64,000 nucleotides of DNA from positions 64,001 through 128,000 of the forward strand of contig CAVXGR010000013.1 in NCBI GenBank assembly GCA_963761335.1, read 5' to 3'. The position numbers and the translations under genes were made by a program. This document shows positions 62,888 through 64,000 of this stretch, piece after piece. The DNA comes from an uncultured delta proteobacterium. GTDB lineage: Bacteria; Desulfobacterota; Binatia; HRBIN30; BPIQ01. Position 1 is the stretch's first letter, and the number at the start of each line of letters is the position of its first letter. Under the pieces are notes generated by a model that was given only the letters and a program-made list of their open reading frames with translations, was not told the DNA's origin and made no database searches.

Positions 62888-63562
62888 ATGCTCTACCTCC
62901 ACGAGATCATCGACATCATCGGCGACGGGCAGCAGTCCTATCTCGACACGGTGGCGGCGCGGGCGCGGCACTCCGAGGCCCAGGGCATCTCCCGCATGAT
63001 GGGGACATGGAAGGTCATCGGCAGCACCGCCCGCTGGCCGCAGGTGGTGAATCTCTGGGAGATGGACAGCTGGGACCACTGGGCGGGCAGCCTCGAGCGC
63101 CAGTTCCTTCCCGAGAGGAAAGACCCGGATCTGGCACCTTGGTGGTCGGCAGCAACCAAGTGGCGCAGCGGCGGCTTCGATCGCATTCTCGAGCCGGCAG
63201 CGTATTCGCCGACGCGCGATCAGCTGCGCCAGCGCCAGCTCCACGCCTGGGTCTGCGAGCACACCCTGGTGCGCCTGGCGGCCGGTGAGCCGGAGGAGTA
63301 TCTGCGCCGGGTCGGCGATCATCTCCGGCCGCTGCTCGAGAGCCGCGGCCTCATCCTCATGGGCGCCTACTCGGTTCCCATGCGGCTCGGCGAGGCGTTG
63401 CTCATCTGGGCCGCACCGAGCTTCCGAGCCCTCTGCTCACTCCACGAAAAGCGACGAGATGACAAGGGGTTAGCCGAATGGCAGGAGTCGTCTAGGGCAA
63501 CTGTCAGGAAGAGCGAGACGATGTGGCTGGTGCCCTCGGAGGCGTGCTTCTTCCATCCTTGA
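62888..63562 (+). CDS. NIPSNAP-like dimeric alpha-beta barrel protein
   Basis: LYLHE..GTW..WPQVVNLWE..GGFDRIL, two-domain pattern. Confidence 0.6.
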   Translation: MLYLHEIIDIIGDGQQSYLDTVAARARHSEAQGISRMMGTWKVIGSTARWPQVVNLWEMDSWDHWAGSLERQFLPERKDPDLAPWWSAATKWRSGGFDRILEPAAYSPTRDQLRQRQLHAWVCEHTLVRLAAGEPEEYLRRVGDHLRPLLESRGLILMGAYSVPMRLGEALLIWAAPSFRALCSLHEKRRDDKGLAEWQESSRATVRKSETMWLVPSEACFFHP

Positions 63563-63571
63563 GCGGGCGCA

Positions 63572-63646
63572 GGGGACAGGCTTCTTTTCGGCGCCAACGC
63601 CGTTCAAGGAAGCACCGAGCAGCTCGCCGAAAAGATGCCTGTCCCC
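63572..63646. repeat. REP doublet, GGGGACAGGC family
   Basis: ggggacaggcttcttttcggcg ... cgccgaaaagatgcctgtcccc. Confidence 0.8.
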
Positions 63647-63889
63647 GATGAGCGGAACGAGGCGGAGGGGGCCGGTGGGCAGCCCGGAGGGGGAGGGGGG
63701 CTGCCCACCGCAGGAGAAAGAAGGGAAACAAGCAGCTGAAGACAAGGGGCCTATTCGTCAGCTACACGGGTAATGACGAGGGCGGTGGAACTTCATTCAA
63801 CGGTCCCAAAAAACTTCCATTCGCTTTTCGCCGTCGGGCTGGGTAGAAGATTCCGACAAGTCCAAAAAGTCTTGCCCTCCAGGGGTCCC

Positions 63890-64000
63890 ATGCCACTCAA
63901 TTCCGTCCGCCACGCCTGGCAGAAGCTGCCCGCGCGGGTCCGTTCGACAGCGACCACGGTCATCAAGGTGGTCATCACCGTGGCCGCTTTCTACCTCCTG
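63890..64000 (+). CDS. Start of a membrane protein (3'-partial)
   Basis: MPLNSVRHAWQKLP..IKVVITVAAFYLL, open to the window end. Confidence 0.5.
   Translation, partial: MPLNSVRHAWQKLPARVRSTATTVIKVVITVAAFYLL

Noticed and set aside
1..64000. tRNA/rRNA genes or prophage
   Set aside because: No recognisable cloverleaf, rRNA or phage structural genes seen by eye; tRNAscan was not run.

Overview
High-GC bacterial chromosomal window. The gene repertoire resembles Candidatus Binatia / deltaproteobacteria-like genomes, which is inference only. The backbone carries a ~3,550-aa repetitive surface protein, other secreted Cys-rich proteins (including a Kunitz/BPTI protein), an acetoin-dehydrogenase-like operon, an FGGY kinase/GlpA-like operon, and many acyl-CoA ligase, thiolase-DUF35 and CoA-transferase genes. 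Intergenic spaces hold several REP-like palindrome families. Two accessory elements stand out. (1) An intact IS110/IS1111-family element (~44552-46269) inserted into a REP palindrome. Its ends rebuild a TTGACA-N17-TACCAT promoter on circularisation, and its right non-coding end holds a readable two-loop bridge/seek RNA whose four guide segments match the REP target and the element's own circle junction around an AG core. (2) A decaying inverted-orientation integron (intI pseudogene, putative attI, about 8-9 cassettes with attC sites) bounded by a 31-bp direct repeat inside a split REP doublet. All calls come from reading motifs by eye; no database searches were run.
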